A stretch of DNA of 64,000 nt from the human T2T-CHM13v2.0 reference genome, Homo sapiens: NCBI RefSeq assembly GCF_009914755.1, contig NC_060926.1. The stretch is one strand, 5' to 3'. The notes under the pieces were generated by a model. It did no database searches. It was not told where the DNA came from and worked only from the letters and a program-made list of their open reading frames with translations. Positions 1-12,760 of this stretch are shown here, one piece after another. Made by a program: the position numbers and the translations under genes. Positions within the stretch are counted from its first letter, which is position 1. The number at the start of each line of letters is the position of its first letter.

Positions 1-132
1 TAGGATACACCTGATTCACCAGAAAGCAGTTTGGGCCACCCCATACCTACCTACCTGGACTCTACAGCTTGTTCAGTAGCAGTGAGAAATACAGGTGACT
101 AAGTGACAGGATTGAAATCTAAGGGTATCTAG

Positions 133-492
<360 letters not shown>

Positions 493-1673
493 TAGATCAG
501 TTAGGCGACTGTTCTCTGTAATTTTACTCTGCCTCCCTCCTTGTGATCACTGCTCCCTAACCTCCTTTTTAGCCATGTTTCTTAAAAGTGTGCTCCATAC
601 CCCATCTCCAGACCCCTACAACACATTTCAGTGAAACACAGTTTTCCTCCAATGCTCCATTCCCTAAAGTTGCAGAATGACTTCTTACTTTGCCACAACT
701 AAGGACACGTTTAATACCTTACTTGACTTCTGCACACTATCACTAAGCATCTATAATCCTCCTGAAAGGCAGTGGCATAGCACCATAAAAAGGACACGAA
801 TTTAAAGGCAAAAAGAATCTCTGGTCCTTCTTACAACGCCTCAGTCTGCTCATTTATAAAATGCTGTTAGTAATGCAAATGTACAGGTCACTGTGAGAAT
901 TAATTAAGATATCATAGTATAAGAGTTCTATTCTGAAAAAAATAAGTTCCTCTGCATCCCATATGTTAATGGAATAAAAAAAAAATGTGTCCTGCGCCAA
1001 GACCTCTTGTCTATGTTCCAGATTCATATTTCCATTTTCCACCTGCTACCCTGCTACTCATGAATCCTCCCTTCCTATTTGCCCAGTCTCTCTAAGTCTA
1101 ACCACTTAGTAGGTTCTTCTATTTCTCCAGTCTACCTCCCACTAAACATACCTAATGCTACTGCCTTGGTTCAGGTTAGGTTATTCAATCCAAAACATTT
1201 ACTGACTGCCTACTAGTACCCAGGCACTGGGCTAGCTACTATGAATAGAAAAATGAGTAAGACATGGTTCCTGTCCCCCCGGAAAACCTACATTTTTCAG
1301 ATGAGACTGTAATCTGAAGACTAACTGAAATATAATGTAGTAAATGTAAGAAAAGAGCTTATAAACTCCTTTGGGAATGTGGGATAGCAACATTTTGACA
1401 GCATTGAAAACTGAATGTGGTGTGAGGGGAGGATGGATGACTAAAATCAAGGGAAAGATTATTGGGGAGGATTTCAGAGCTGACTCTTGAATTGCAAACC
1501 CCTCATTCTCCCTCCACACACGTACACGCTCTTCCTATTTCCTTTTCATGATTCTTGAGGAAGGTACAGGAGTTAGGAAGAGGAACTGCAACAACACAGA
1601 TAACAAGTCATCAATGGTACATTGGGATGGCAGTGGTGATGAAGATGACTAAAAGCCACTCCATACTCTAGAG

Positions 1674-1982
1674 CAGGGTTTGGCAAACCACACTCTGTGG
1701 GCCATATCTGGCTGGCTGGCTGTACAGCCAGTGAACTAAGAATGGTTTTTATATTTTCCAGCTGTCAAGGAAAAAAAAGAAATATTTCATAACATGAAAA
1801 TTACATGAAAGTCAAATTTCAGTGTTCATAAATAAAGTTTTATTGAAACACAGCCATGCTCATTTAAGTATTGTCTATGGCTGTTTTGAACAATGGCCAA
1901 TTAGATGTGATAGACCATATGGTCCATAAAGTCTAAAATGTGTACTATCTGGCCCTTTGTTGAGAAAGTTTGCTATTCTCTG
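1674..1982. mobile_element. hAT-Charlie MITE, MER58B-like
   Basis: CAGGG..GGCAAAC and GTTTGC..CTG termini. 8-bp TSD CTCTAGAG (1666-1673) / CTCTGGAG (1983-1990). Confidence 0.75.
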
Positions 1983-3180
1983 CTCTGGAGGCTTAAGTGA
2001 GACAGAGAGTATTGGATGATGAGGTTGGAGACGAAGGTGGGGTGAAAAGCCTCATATTAAGTACTTGGACTTGAACCTCAAGTCTAAGTAATGAGGAGGC
2101 CCATTTTTACATTTTACATTAAAGTGTTTTTATTAAAATGTTCATTTGGGTGGCAGTGCAAATAATACATTTAAGGGAATAAAAAAATGTAAGGATATAG
2201 GGGGATAGCTAGAACAGAGGATAATGTAAAACTTCAGGCAGAAAAACAAGACATTTCAGCATTCCCTAACCTCCTACACCGCCAAATTGTCCTCCATCCA
2301 CTTATCACCATCTCACAGGATACACATTTCATTTACCTACTTGTTGTCTGACTCCTCCTACTCAAATGTAAGCTCCAAGATTGGAAGAGTTTTTCTTGGT
2401 TTTATTATTTCAGTGCTTAGAACAGTGCTAGACACATAGGAGGCATTCAGTAAATATTTGTTGAGTCAACTGAATTAGGGTTTTTCCCCAGCATTAATTA
2501 GCCTGTAAAATCTGAGAAGGCAGAAACTGTTCAGTTTTGCTCACTGCTATCTCCAGCTTCTAATGGACATACAGTAACCCTTCATAAATATTTGCTGAAC
2601 GAGTGATTCAGTGAACAAATGAATAGAGAAGACCAACATCCGAAAAGTTATTTTATTTTCAAGCCTCATGTCTTTAACTGTTTTATATCAGCCTTTCTTA
2701 AGTTGACCGTCATTAATATTTGCTGAATGAATGAGTCAGTGATAAACAGAGAAGACCATCACCCTAAAATAACGACCCCTCCACTTTTAAGTCTTACGTC
2801 TTTAATGGGTTTCATATAATCTTTCTGGGCTCTTTTTACTGTCCAGTGTGGGAGCTGACACTAGTTTGCCTTAAGTCCTTAAAAATCGCACCCGGAGGCG
2901 CAGTGTCATAGGTAACCCAAGCTTTCCTAGTAAACATGATACAAAAGTAAACACAACCAACAGCATGGGGACCAGCAATTCAGAAACACCGAGCGGGCGG
3001 GCTGCCCAGACCTGGGCTTCCCCAGCAGGGCCCGCGGAGACCGGCCGTGAGCAGAGGCTGCAGGCCCACCCTGCAACCCGAGCAGCCGGGGCACCGCAGG
3101 GAAACAGCGGCCTAGCGAAGCCACCCGAGCTCCCTCCGCGCCCCCGGGCCAAAAGGCCGCAAAGGAACTCCGCCCGCCCG

Positions 3181-3228
3181 CCCGCTCACCCGCTCACCCG
3201 CTCACCCGCTCACCCGCTCACCCGCTCA
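3181..3228. repeat. (CCCGCTCA)6 tandem repeat at the start of TTC21B intron 1
   Basis: Six perfect 8-bp units read directly from the sequence. Confidence 0.97.
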
Positions 3229-3229
3229 C

Positions 3230-3250
3230 CTTCAATTCCTGCGAGTCCAT
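3230..3250 (-). CDS. TTC21B: TTC21B (IFT139) coding exon 1, MDSQELK; rest of gene lies left of the window
   Basis: Minus strand reads GCAGCC ATG GAC TCG CAG GAA TTG AAG|GTGAGC: strong Kozak, canonical donor, recognised N-terminus, and expected synteny with SCN1A. Confidence 0.88.
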
Positions 3251-5428
3251 GGCTGCCCCGAGGCCGGGCCGCGGGGCTCTGGGGATTGTCTCGCCGCAGC
3301 CTAAAGGAAGACGCAGAATTCAGCTCCCCTAGCCTCCCGGAGCGCTCTAGCGCCCCGGGCCCCAGCGGGAGGGGCGGGGTCGCGCCGCGATTGGCTGTCG
3401 GAGGGAGGGGCGGGCCTGTGTGGCGGGGATCGTGCTGTAATGGAGCAGGGGCGGCGGGGACCCGGAGGGAGGGCTGCGAGGGCCGCCCGGGAGGGTCCGG
3501 GCTGGGAAAAGGGCCTCCGCCGGAGAGTGCAGCTGGAAAAGGAGGTCACACTGGGAAACGGCTGTCTGAGGACAGTGGGTGGGCGGGCCGAGGAAATGGA
3601 ATTCAGGAATAAAGGAAACGGAGTATGAAGAAGGGGAAGTCTGTTTCCTGTCACTGGTTGTAAAGGAAGACACCATTTTCTGCACGTTTGTCTGGAGGCG
3701 GATTCCCGCAGTGCGGCTCTCAGCAAGGCTCTGCCGGCGCGGGAAAAAGCGGTCAACTTTCACGTGGGCAAGTTGTTTTACGGCCACAAGGTGGCGCAGA
3801 AAAAAAAAATCACACGTTCTTAACAGAAATACGGTGCGCTTGGGCCCGTCTTTGCAGGCGTTGCTGCAATCTTTGTTAGAATGTGTGTTCAATTAGCCCT
3901 TTTTTACCAGCCCCGATAATAAGAGGGACAAATAAATTAAACTTCCAGAAAATTAGTGTCTTGTTTTCAATGATACTACTGATTTTAAACTGAGAATAAA
4001 ATGAATCCCAATGCAAATTTTTATGTTTGCACCCCATTAGGCAACTCAATCAGTCACACATAGATTTCTTAAGTCCAGGAAATTAAATGGAAATATAATA
4101 GACTAAGATTTTCTATTTCTGCTTAAATAAATATTTAAAATAGTGCATAAGGTCTGAGATTTAAGTGATCTTTGCAGAATCTTTCACGTGGATTCCAAAT
4201 TTTGATCCTAGTGTTAATTATCTTACTTTAGTTGACATGATACGTAGTTGCCTTTTCCAGATTTTAAGTTTCTTAAGGAGTTTATAAACATTGACTTTTT
4301 CCCCATGCCAATAGGTTATGTAAGGACAGTCTTGAGAAAAACGGTAGCTACCATCCTAGGCTTTAAGGTGAAGCAATATTTCTCACCGGTTTCTCTTTAA
4401 AGGAATTCACCACGTATTTTCACGAGCAACTTTTTTTTCTTTCCAATATTTATAGTCCAGCTAAATGTCTGTGGTGATGAACAACTGGTGATATCTCTTT
4501 GATTTTCAAAGCTGCGGATTAATCCGCACTTGGTATACAGCAAAGAATACCACAGGACCAGGGTGCTCAATGAAGTGTATAATCTTGAACTGTAAACCTT
4601 TGGTTATAAGAGAAAAGTTCATCTGTAAGGAAATATCTCAGGATCATGGTTAACAGAACAGATGATCAACCTACCTTTTGGAGATCTTGAAAGTCATATT
4701 AATTTAGCCTCGTATTCTCTTCACTGAATTCTGTTCTAAGGTTGAATTATTTAGCACAAAACACCAAGCCTGATGTTTCATAAATGTTTGTTGGATTAAA
4801 AGTACTCTGAGATTTGCTTTGACACTCACGGTGACTTGGTGTGCCCTGTGCCCTTACTAGATCTCATGTAAGAAATTTATTTTGGATCTCAGGCCAGGAA
4901 AAACTCTTGTCTTTCCTGAAAAATCGATGTGTTCCTTAGCAGTAACATTTTTATCGGCTCACTTTTACTAGCTACAAACTTTTGAGTCTGATATCCATGA
5001 CCCTTCACCTCATCGTCTTTTCAAGCCTTATCTTCTACCTCCCCTTCAAGGAGCCTTTATTCCGCTCAGTGGGACAAATATTCCTTCTTCTGGTAATGCT
5101 TTCCCCTACTTTGTTTTGAGCTCTTTCTTCACCTGAGAAAATCTCCTTCTTCTGAGTTCATTTCAAATTTCATGAAGTCTTTAAGGATCACCATAACTGG
5201 ATGGGTATAAAAATATCACAGTGTAGTGGCAAGAATACCCTCTTCTGCATCTGAGGTGGAGCTCCTATTACGCTAGCTACTTTTGTGACTTGGGGAAGTA
5301 ATTTCCCTAAGCCTCATTTTCCTTATTTACTAAAGAAACTAAATGCCTTACAGACATATTAAAACTTCCTGACACATAATAGGCATTGTATAACCAATAG
5401 TTTCCATTAAACACGTAGTGCTCTATAG

Positions 5429-5785
5429 CAGTGGTCCCCAATCATTTTGGCACCAGGGACCAGTTTGGTGGAAGACAATTCACAGAAGATAAATTTTCCA
5501 TGGACAGGGGTAGGGGAGATGGTTTCGGGTTGAAACTATTCCATCTCAGATCATCAGATTCTTATCTAAGGAGCATACAGCCTAGATCCTTCACATGCAC
5601 AGTTTATAATGGGGTTTGCATTCGTATGAGAATCTAATGCCTCGCTGATCTGACAAGGAGGTGGAGCTTGGGGTAACGCTCCCTTTCCTGCCCCGCAGCT
5701 CACCTCCTGCTGTGTACCCCGTCCTGCTGTATACCCCATCCTGCTGTGTAGCACTGATTTGCAGTCCTCAGATTGGGGACCCCTG
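5429..5785. mobile_element. hAT-Charlie MITE, MER1B-like
   Basis: TIRs CAGTGGTCCCCAA / TTGGGGACCCCTG. TSD CTCTATAG / CTCTATAA. Confidence 0.82.
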
Positions 5786-5948
5786 CTCTATAAGACTTAT
5801 TACACTTGCATAGTCCTTGTATTACTAGTTATAGTGCATTTTTGTTTAATGTTCTCTACCAGATGATGAGCACTATAAAGCTAGATAATATAATGTAGCA
5901 GTTAACATCTTCGTCTCCAGAAATACGTCATTTTCGTTCAGACCTTAA

Positions 5949-7167
5949 TGTGTCCGGAATTGGTGGGTTCTTGGTCTTGCTGACTTCAAGAATAAAGCCG
6001 CGGACCCTCGCGGTGAGTGTTACAGTTCATAAACGCACGCAGACCCAAAGAGTGAGCAGCAACAAGATTTATTGCAAACAGCAAAAGAACAAACCTTCCA
6101 CAGAGTGGAAGAGGACCCCAGTAGAGTGCCCCTGCTAGCTCAGGTGGCCTGCATTTATTCCCTTATCCGGCCCCACCCACATCCTACTGATTGGTCTGCT
6201 TTACAGAGAGCTAATTGGGCTGTTTTACAGAGAGCTGATTGGTCCGTTTTGACAGGATGCTGATTGGTGTGTTTACAAACCTTGAGCTAGACACAGAGTG
6301 CTGACTGGTAAATTTACAATCCTTTAGCTAGACACAAAAGTTCTTCAAGTCCCCACCAGATTAGCTAGACACAGAGCACTGATTGGTACCTTTACAAACC
6401 TTGAGCAAGACACAGGGTGCTGACTGGTGCGTTTACAAACCTTCAGCTAGACACAGAGTGCTGACTGGTGCATTTACAAACCTTTAGCTAGACATAAAAG
6501 TTCTCCAAGTCCCCACCTGACTCAGGAGCCCAGCTGGCTTCACCTAGCGGTTCCCGGCCCGCCGAGACTGCAGCGGAGCTGCCCACCAGTCCCGCGCCAC
6601 GCGCCCGCACTCCTCAGCCTTTGGGCAGTGGATGGGACCGGGCGCCGTGGAGCAGGGGGCGGCGCCCTTCGAGGAGGCTCGGGCTGGGCACGAGTCCACC
6701 GGGAGAGGGGAGGGCTCGCGCATGGCATGACGGGCTGCAGGTCCCGAGCCCTGCCGCGCGGGAGGCGGCTGAGGCCCCGTGAGAATTCGAGCGCCGCAGG
6801 GGCAGGCTGGCAGTGCTGGGGGACCCGGTGCACTCTCCGCAGCTGCTGGCTCGGGTGCTAAGCCCCTCACTGCCTCGGGCCAGCGGTGCCGACCCGCCGC
6901 TCCAAGTGCGGGGCGGGCGGAGCCCGCGCCCACCTGGAACTCGCGCGGGCCCGCCAGCGCCAACCGCAGCCGCGGTTCCCGCCCGCGCCTCTCCCTCCAC
7001 ACCTCCCCGCAAGCAGAGGGAGCCGGCTCCGGCCTTGGCCAGCCCAGAGACAGGCTCCCACAGTGCAGCGGCGGGCTGAAGGGCTCCTCAAGCACTGCCA
7101 GAGTGGACACCGAGGCCGAGGAGACGCCAAGAGCGAGTGAGTGCTGCTAGCAGGTTGTCACCTCTCA
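5949..7167 (-). mobile_element. Solo LTR12-family (ERV9) LTR
   Basis: Minus strand starts TGAGAGGTGAC and ends CCAATTCCGGACACA. TTAA TSD at 5945-5948 and 7168-7171. Internal ~41-bp tandem units, some carrying CCAAT, at about 6190-6500. Confidence 0.93.
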
Positions 7168-7770
7168 TTAATACTACTATTCACTGGCTATTCAGTTGGA
7201 AAAAGTTATTTAACTTCTCTGTATACTTCAGCTGTAATATCAGACTAACACCTCAGAAAATTGTTAAGAAGACTAAATAAGTTAATATTTAAAGTACAGA
7301 GCAGTATTAGGGGTATGGTAAGTACTGAATTACTGTTACCTATAATCACTTGTACTCCCAACTACTCCAGAGTACAGTATTGATCACATAAGTATTTAGA
7401 AAGTTTTACAGCATTGATAGTTTTTTTCAATCATATCTGTGTTTGATTTTCTCCTCCTCCAATTCTTATACTGATCCACTTGTAGCTGTATTATTTTATA
7501 TATTCAAATTAAAGAAAAACACTTAGGAAAACTAGGGAGTTTTGGTAACAAACAAAGTAAAAGTGAATACACTAAAAATAAAACAGAGGTAAGTATATGT
7601 CATCATTAAATTTGGGAGGTGAAAATAATGTTAGCAGCTTGAACAGTTTCATTTTATGGAAGAGTAAGATGAAGCCCAAAGCTAAGACCAATAGTTTTCC
7701 ACCGTCCAATCTAGCCTGCACAACAATTGTGAATAAGAAGAGTGTTTGCCTTTTCTTTCTTTTTAAGGCT

Positions 7771-8132
7771 TGTTAAATTAAATTAAATTTGGCCTAAAGA
7801 AACCTTCATACATACTGCACCATAAGCTATATGTAAACAGACTGAAATGTAACTAAGAGTATGTTTTTTAAACAGCCAAGTTTTGGCCAATCATATCAGC
7901 CAATAACAAGTCGCAAACTGCTCAGACATGTTCTAATAAGGCAAATACCAAACTATAACCAATCAGGCTGTTTCTGTATGTGCCTTCCTTTTTCTGTCTG
8001 TAGATACTACCTAAAGAAGTTGCTGGGTAGACCTCTCTGAACCTTGACTGGTTCCAAGTGCTGCCCAATTCATGAATCATTTTTTTGCTCAAATAAACTC
8101 TGCTAAATTTGTCTCAAAGTGTTCTTTTAACA
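7771..8132 (+). mobile_element. ERV1-type solo LTR (MER57-like)
   Basis: TGTTAAATTA...TTTTAACA termini, three CCAAT boxes, AATAAA near the 3' end. Subfamily assigned from memory. Confidence 0.65.
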
Positions 8133-8335
8133 TTATTACTATAAAATTGAAATTATATATAGAAGTTAAAAATGTATGAAATCCAAACTAACTAGCACAT
8201 AATTCAGTCTCAGAGGCAACATCATGGAACAGTTAGGTTAACTGAAATCAGAATTGCTGAGTTGTTAGAGTTCTGTCCCTCAATAACTTCACAACTTTGG
8301 GTAAGTCATTAACTTTTTTAAAAGAAATTACTTTA

Positions 8336-8660
<325 letters not shown>

Positions 8661-10793
8661 TCAGTTACATGTGATAATATAGATTCATACTTTATAAAGA
8701 TCTAATCAGTGTGGTTGGGATCTCATCACTTTAATTATATGTCCTTTGTGCTAGAAACATTCAAATTATTCTAACTATTTTGAAAAGCACAAAAGAATAT
8801 TGTAAACTTACCCTACTGATCTGTCTCACACTAGGTCTTATTTCTTTTGTCAACTATATGTTTATACACATTAATCAATTTCTCTTCTTTCTGCTACTTC
8901 CATACCCTTCTGTCCTCTGGCAACTACCAGTCTACTCCCTATTTTCATGAGATTGATTTTTTAGCTCCGACATGTCAGTGAGAACACACAATATTTGTCT
9001 TTCTGTGCTTGGCTTATTTCACTTTAATATACTGACGTCCAAATCCATCCGTGTTGCTGTAAATGACAAGACTTCATTGTTGTGGCTGAACAATATCACA
9101 TTGTGTATATATACTAAATTTTCTTTATCCATTCATTCACTGATGGGCAGTTAGGTTGATTCCATATTTTGGCTCTTGTGAATAGTGTTGCAATAAACAT
9201 GGAAGTGCAGATCTTTTTCAGTATACTGATTTTCTTTCTCTTGAATATATACTCCGTGGAATTGGTGGATCATATGGTAGTTCTATTTTTAGTTTCTTGA
9301 GGAAGCTCCATCCTGTTATCCATAATGGCTGTACTAATTTATATTTCCACCAACAGTGTATGAGGGTTCCCCTGTCTCCACATCCTCACCAGCATCCGTT
9401 ATTGACTGTCTTGTTGATCAAAAGCCATTTTAACTGGTGTGAGATGATATCTCATTATAGTTTTGATTTTCATTTCTCTGATTATTATTGATGAGCAATT
9501 TTCCTATCCCTGTTAGGCATGTGTATGTCTTCTTTTGAGAAAAGTGTGTTGAGAGCTTATGTTCATTTTTAAATCAGATATTTTTTTCCTATTGAGTGGT
9601 TTGAGCTCCTTATGTATTCTGGTTTTTAATCTCTTCTCAGATGGAGAGCTTATAAATATTTTCTCCTATTCTATGGGTTATCTCTTCACTGTGATGATTG
9701 TTTCCTTTGCTGTCCAGAGGATATTTAGCTTGATGTAATCCCATTTATCTGTTTTTGCTTTGATTGCCTATGCTGTTGAGGTCTGACACATACAATTTTT
9801 TCCTGTATCAATGTCCTGGAGCATTTCCTCAATGTTTTCTTCTAGTAGTTTCAAAGTTTCAGGTCTTAAAGTCTTTATTTTGATTTGATTTTTGTATATG
9901 GTGGGAATTTGGGGCCTAGTTTCATTCTTCTACATTCGGTTACACAGTTTTCCCAGCACCCTTTATTGAAGAGACTATCCTTTCCCCATGGTGTTCTTGG
10001 AGCCTTTGTCAAAAATAGGTTGACTGTAAAGGCATGGCTTTACATCTGGGTTCTTTGTTCTGGTCCATTGGTCTATGTGTCTTTCCTGTACACATTGTAT
10101 GGTCTATGCCCACACAATGCTGTTTTGGTACTATAGCTTTGTCATAAATTTTGAAGTGAGATAATGTGATGCCTCTAGCTTTGTTCTTTTTGTTCAGGAT
10201 TGTTTTGTCTATTAGGGGTCTTTTGTGGTTCCAGATAAGTTTTAAGATTATTTTTTTCAATTTCTATGAAGAATTTTATTCTTATTTTGATAAGGATTGC
10301 ATTGAATCTGTAAATTGCTTTGAATAGGATTGCCATTTTAACAATATTATTCTTCCAATCTATGAGCATGCAATATCCTTCCATTTATTTGTGTGTCCTC
10401 TCCAGTTTCGTTCATCAGCGTTTTACCATTTTCCTTATGAAGATCTTTCACATCTTTGGTTAAATTGACTTCTAGGTATTTTATGTTTTTTTAGCTATTG
10501 TAAATGTGATTGCTTCTTGATTTCCTTTTCATATTGTTTGCTGTTGGCATGTATAAATGCTACTGATTTTTGTGTATTGATTTTGTGTCTTGCAACTTTA
10601 CTGAATTCATTTGTCAGTTCTAACAGTTTTTTTGATGGAGTCCAGGATTTTCTAAATTTAAGATCATATCATCTGTGTTCAGGGCTAATTTGACTCTTCC
10701 TTTTAAATATGGATGCCCTTTATTTCTTTATCTTGCCTAATTGCTCTAGCCAGGAGTTCCAGTATTATGTTAAAGTGGTGAAAGTAGGCATCC

Positions 10794-11100
<307 letters not shown>

Positions 11101-11116
11101 TTATTTTAAATCTTAG

Positions 11117-11440
<324 letters not shown>

Positions 11441-12574
11441 CCAATGCCTTTTTTTGCATCTATTGAAGTGATCACATGGATTTTGTTCTTGATCGAGTTA
11501 ATGGGATGTATCGTGTTTGCATATGTTGAATCATACTTGGATCCCTGGGGCAAATCCCAGTTGATTATGGTGAATGGTCCTTTTAATGTGTGGTTAAATT
11601 CAGTTTACTACTATACTGCTGAGGATGTTTGCCTCTATGTTCATCAGTGATATTATCCTATGTTTTTCTTTTTTTGTTGTATCCTTCTTGCTTTTGGTAG
11701 CAGTATAATGCTGGCCTTGTAGAATGAGTTCCACAGTATTCCCTCTTCCTCAATTTTTTTTTGAAGAGTTTGAGTAAAATTGGTATTACATTTTCTTTAA
11801 ATGTTTGGTAGCATTCAGCAGTGAAGCCATCAGGCCCTAGGTTTTTCTTTGATGAGAGACGTTTCATTATGGCTTTTATCTCATTACTCGATACTGGTTT
11901 GTTGAAGTTTTGTATTTCTTCATAGTTTAATCTTACTAGGTTGTATGTGTCCAGGAATTTATCTATTTCTTTTAAATTTTCCAAAAGGTTGGTGTATAGT
12001 TCTTCATGACAGTCTGTAATGATTCCTTGTATTTCTGTGGTTTCAGTTGTTATGTTCCATTTTTCATTTTTTATTTTATTTATTTAGGTTTTTCTCTTTT
12101 TTTTCTAGTCTAGCTAAAGGTTTATTGGATTTTTATCTTTTAAAAAAAAACTTTTCATTTTGTTGATCTTCTTTATTGTTTTTATAGTCTGAATTGTATT
12201 TTTTCCTGCTCTGGTCCTTACTATTTCTTTTTGTCAACTAATTTTGGGTTTGATTTGTTCTTGCTTTCCTTGTTTCTTGTGGTGCATCATTAGTTTGTTT
12301 ATTTGAAGTCTCTCTACTTTTCTGATGTAGACATTTATTGTGGTAAATTTCCCTCTTAGAGCTGCTTAGATTTTGGTATGTTATATTTCCATTTTCATTT
12401 ATTTCAATAAATTTTCTAATTTTCTTCTTAATTTCTACATTTACCCATTGTTTGTTCTGGAGCATGCTGTTTAATTTCCATGCTGTGTAATTTCATGAAG
12501 CTTCTGAGGTTCTCTAATTGATTTCTACTTTTATTCTACTGTGGTCAGAAAAGATACTTCATAGAATTTCTACA

Positions 12575-12760
12575 TTTTGTTTTATTTTATTTATTTATTT
12601 ATTTTGGAGACAAGGTCTCACTCTGCCACCCAGGCTGGAATACAATCATGCAATTGTAGTTCACTGTTACCTTGAATTCCTGGGCTCAACCAATTCTCTT
12701 CTTCTGCTTTGGCCTCCTAAGTAACTAGGACTACAGGCACAAGCTATCACGCTTGGTTGT
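12575..12760 (-). mobile_element. Old Alu monomer or fragment (AluJ/FRAM-like)
   Basis: Diverged GAGACAAGGTCTCACTCTG...GGACTACAGGC with a (TTTA)n tail. Confidence 0.75.

Larger units (their letters stand above)
2950..3870. promoter_or_regulatory. CpG island, TTC21B promoter
   Basis: High GC and CpG density around the TTC21B ATG. GC box GGGGCGGGG at 3371-3379, CCAAT (minus strand) at 3390-3394, E-box CACGTG at 3761-3766. Confidence 0.9.

Noticed and set aside
2965-3896. Long ORFs on both strands in the CpG island (for example 215 aa on the plus strand)
   Set aside because: Stop-poor GC-rich DNA with low-complexity P/G/R/A translation that partly reads through the 8-bp repeat. No recognisable domain.
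6190-6510. Regular ~41-bp repeats resembling a CRISPR array
   Set aside because: No unique spacers and no cas genes. These are the internal tandem units of LTR12.
6540-7150. Cluster of overlapping ORFs
   Set aside because: All lie within the GC-rich LTR12 U3 region.
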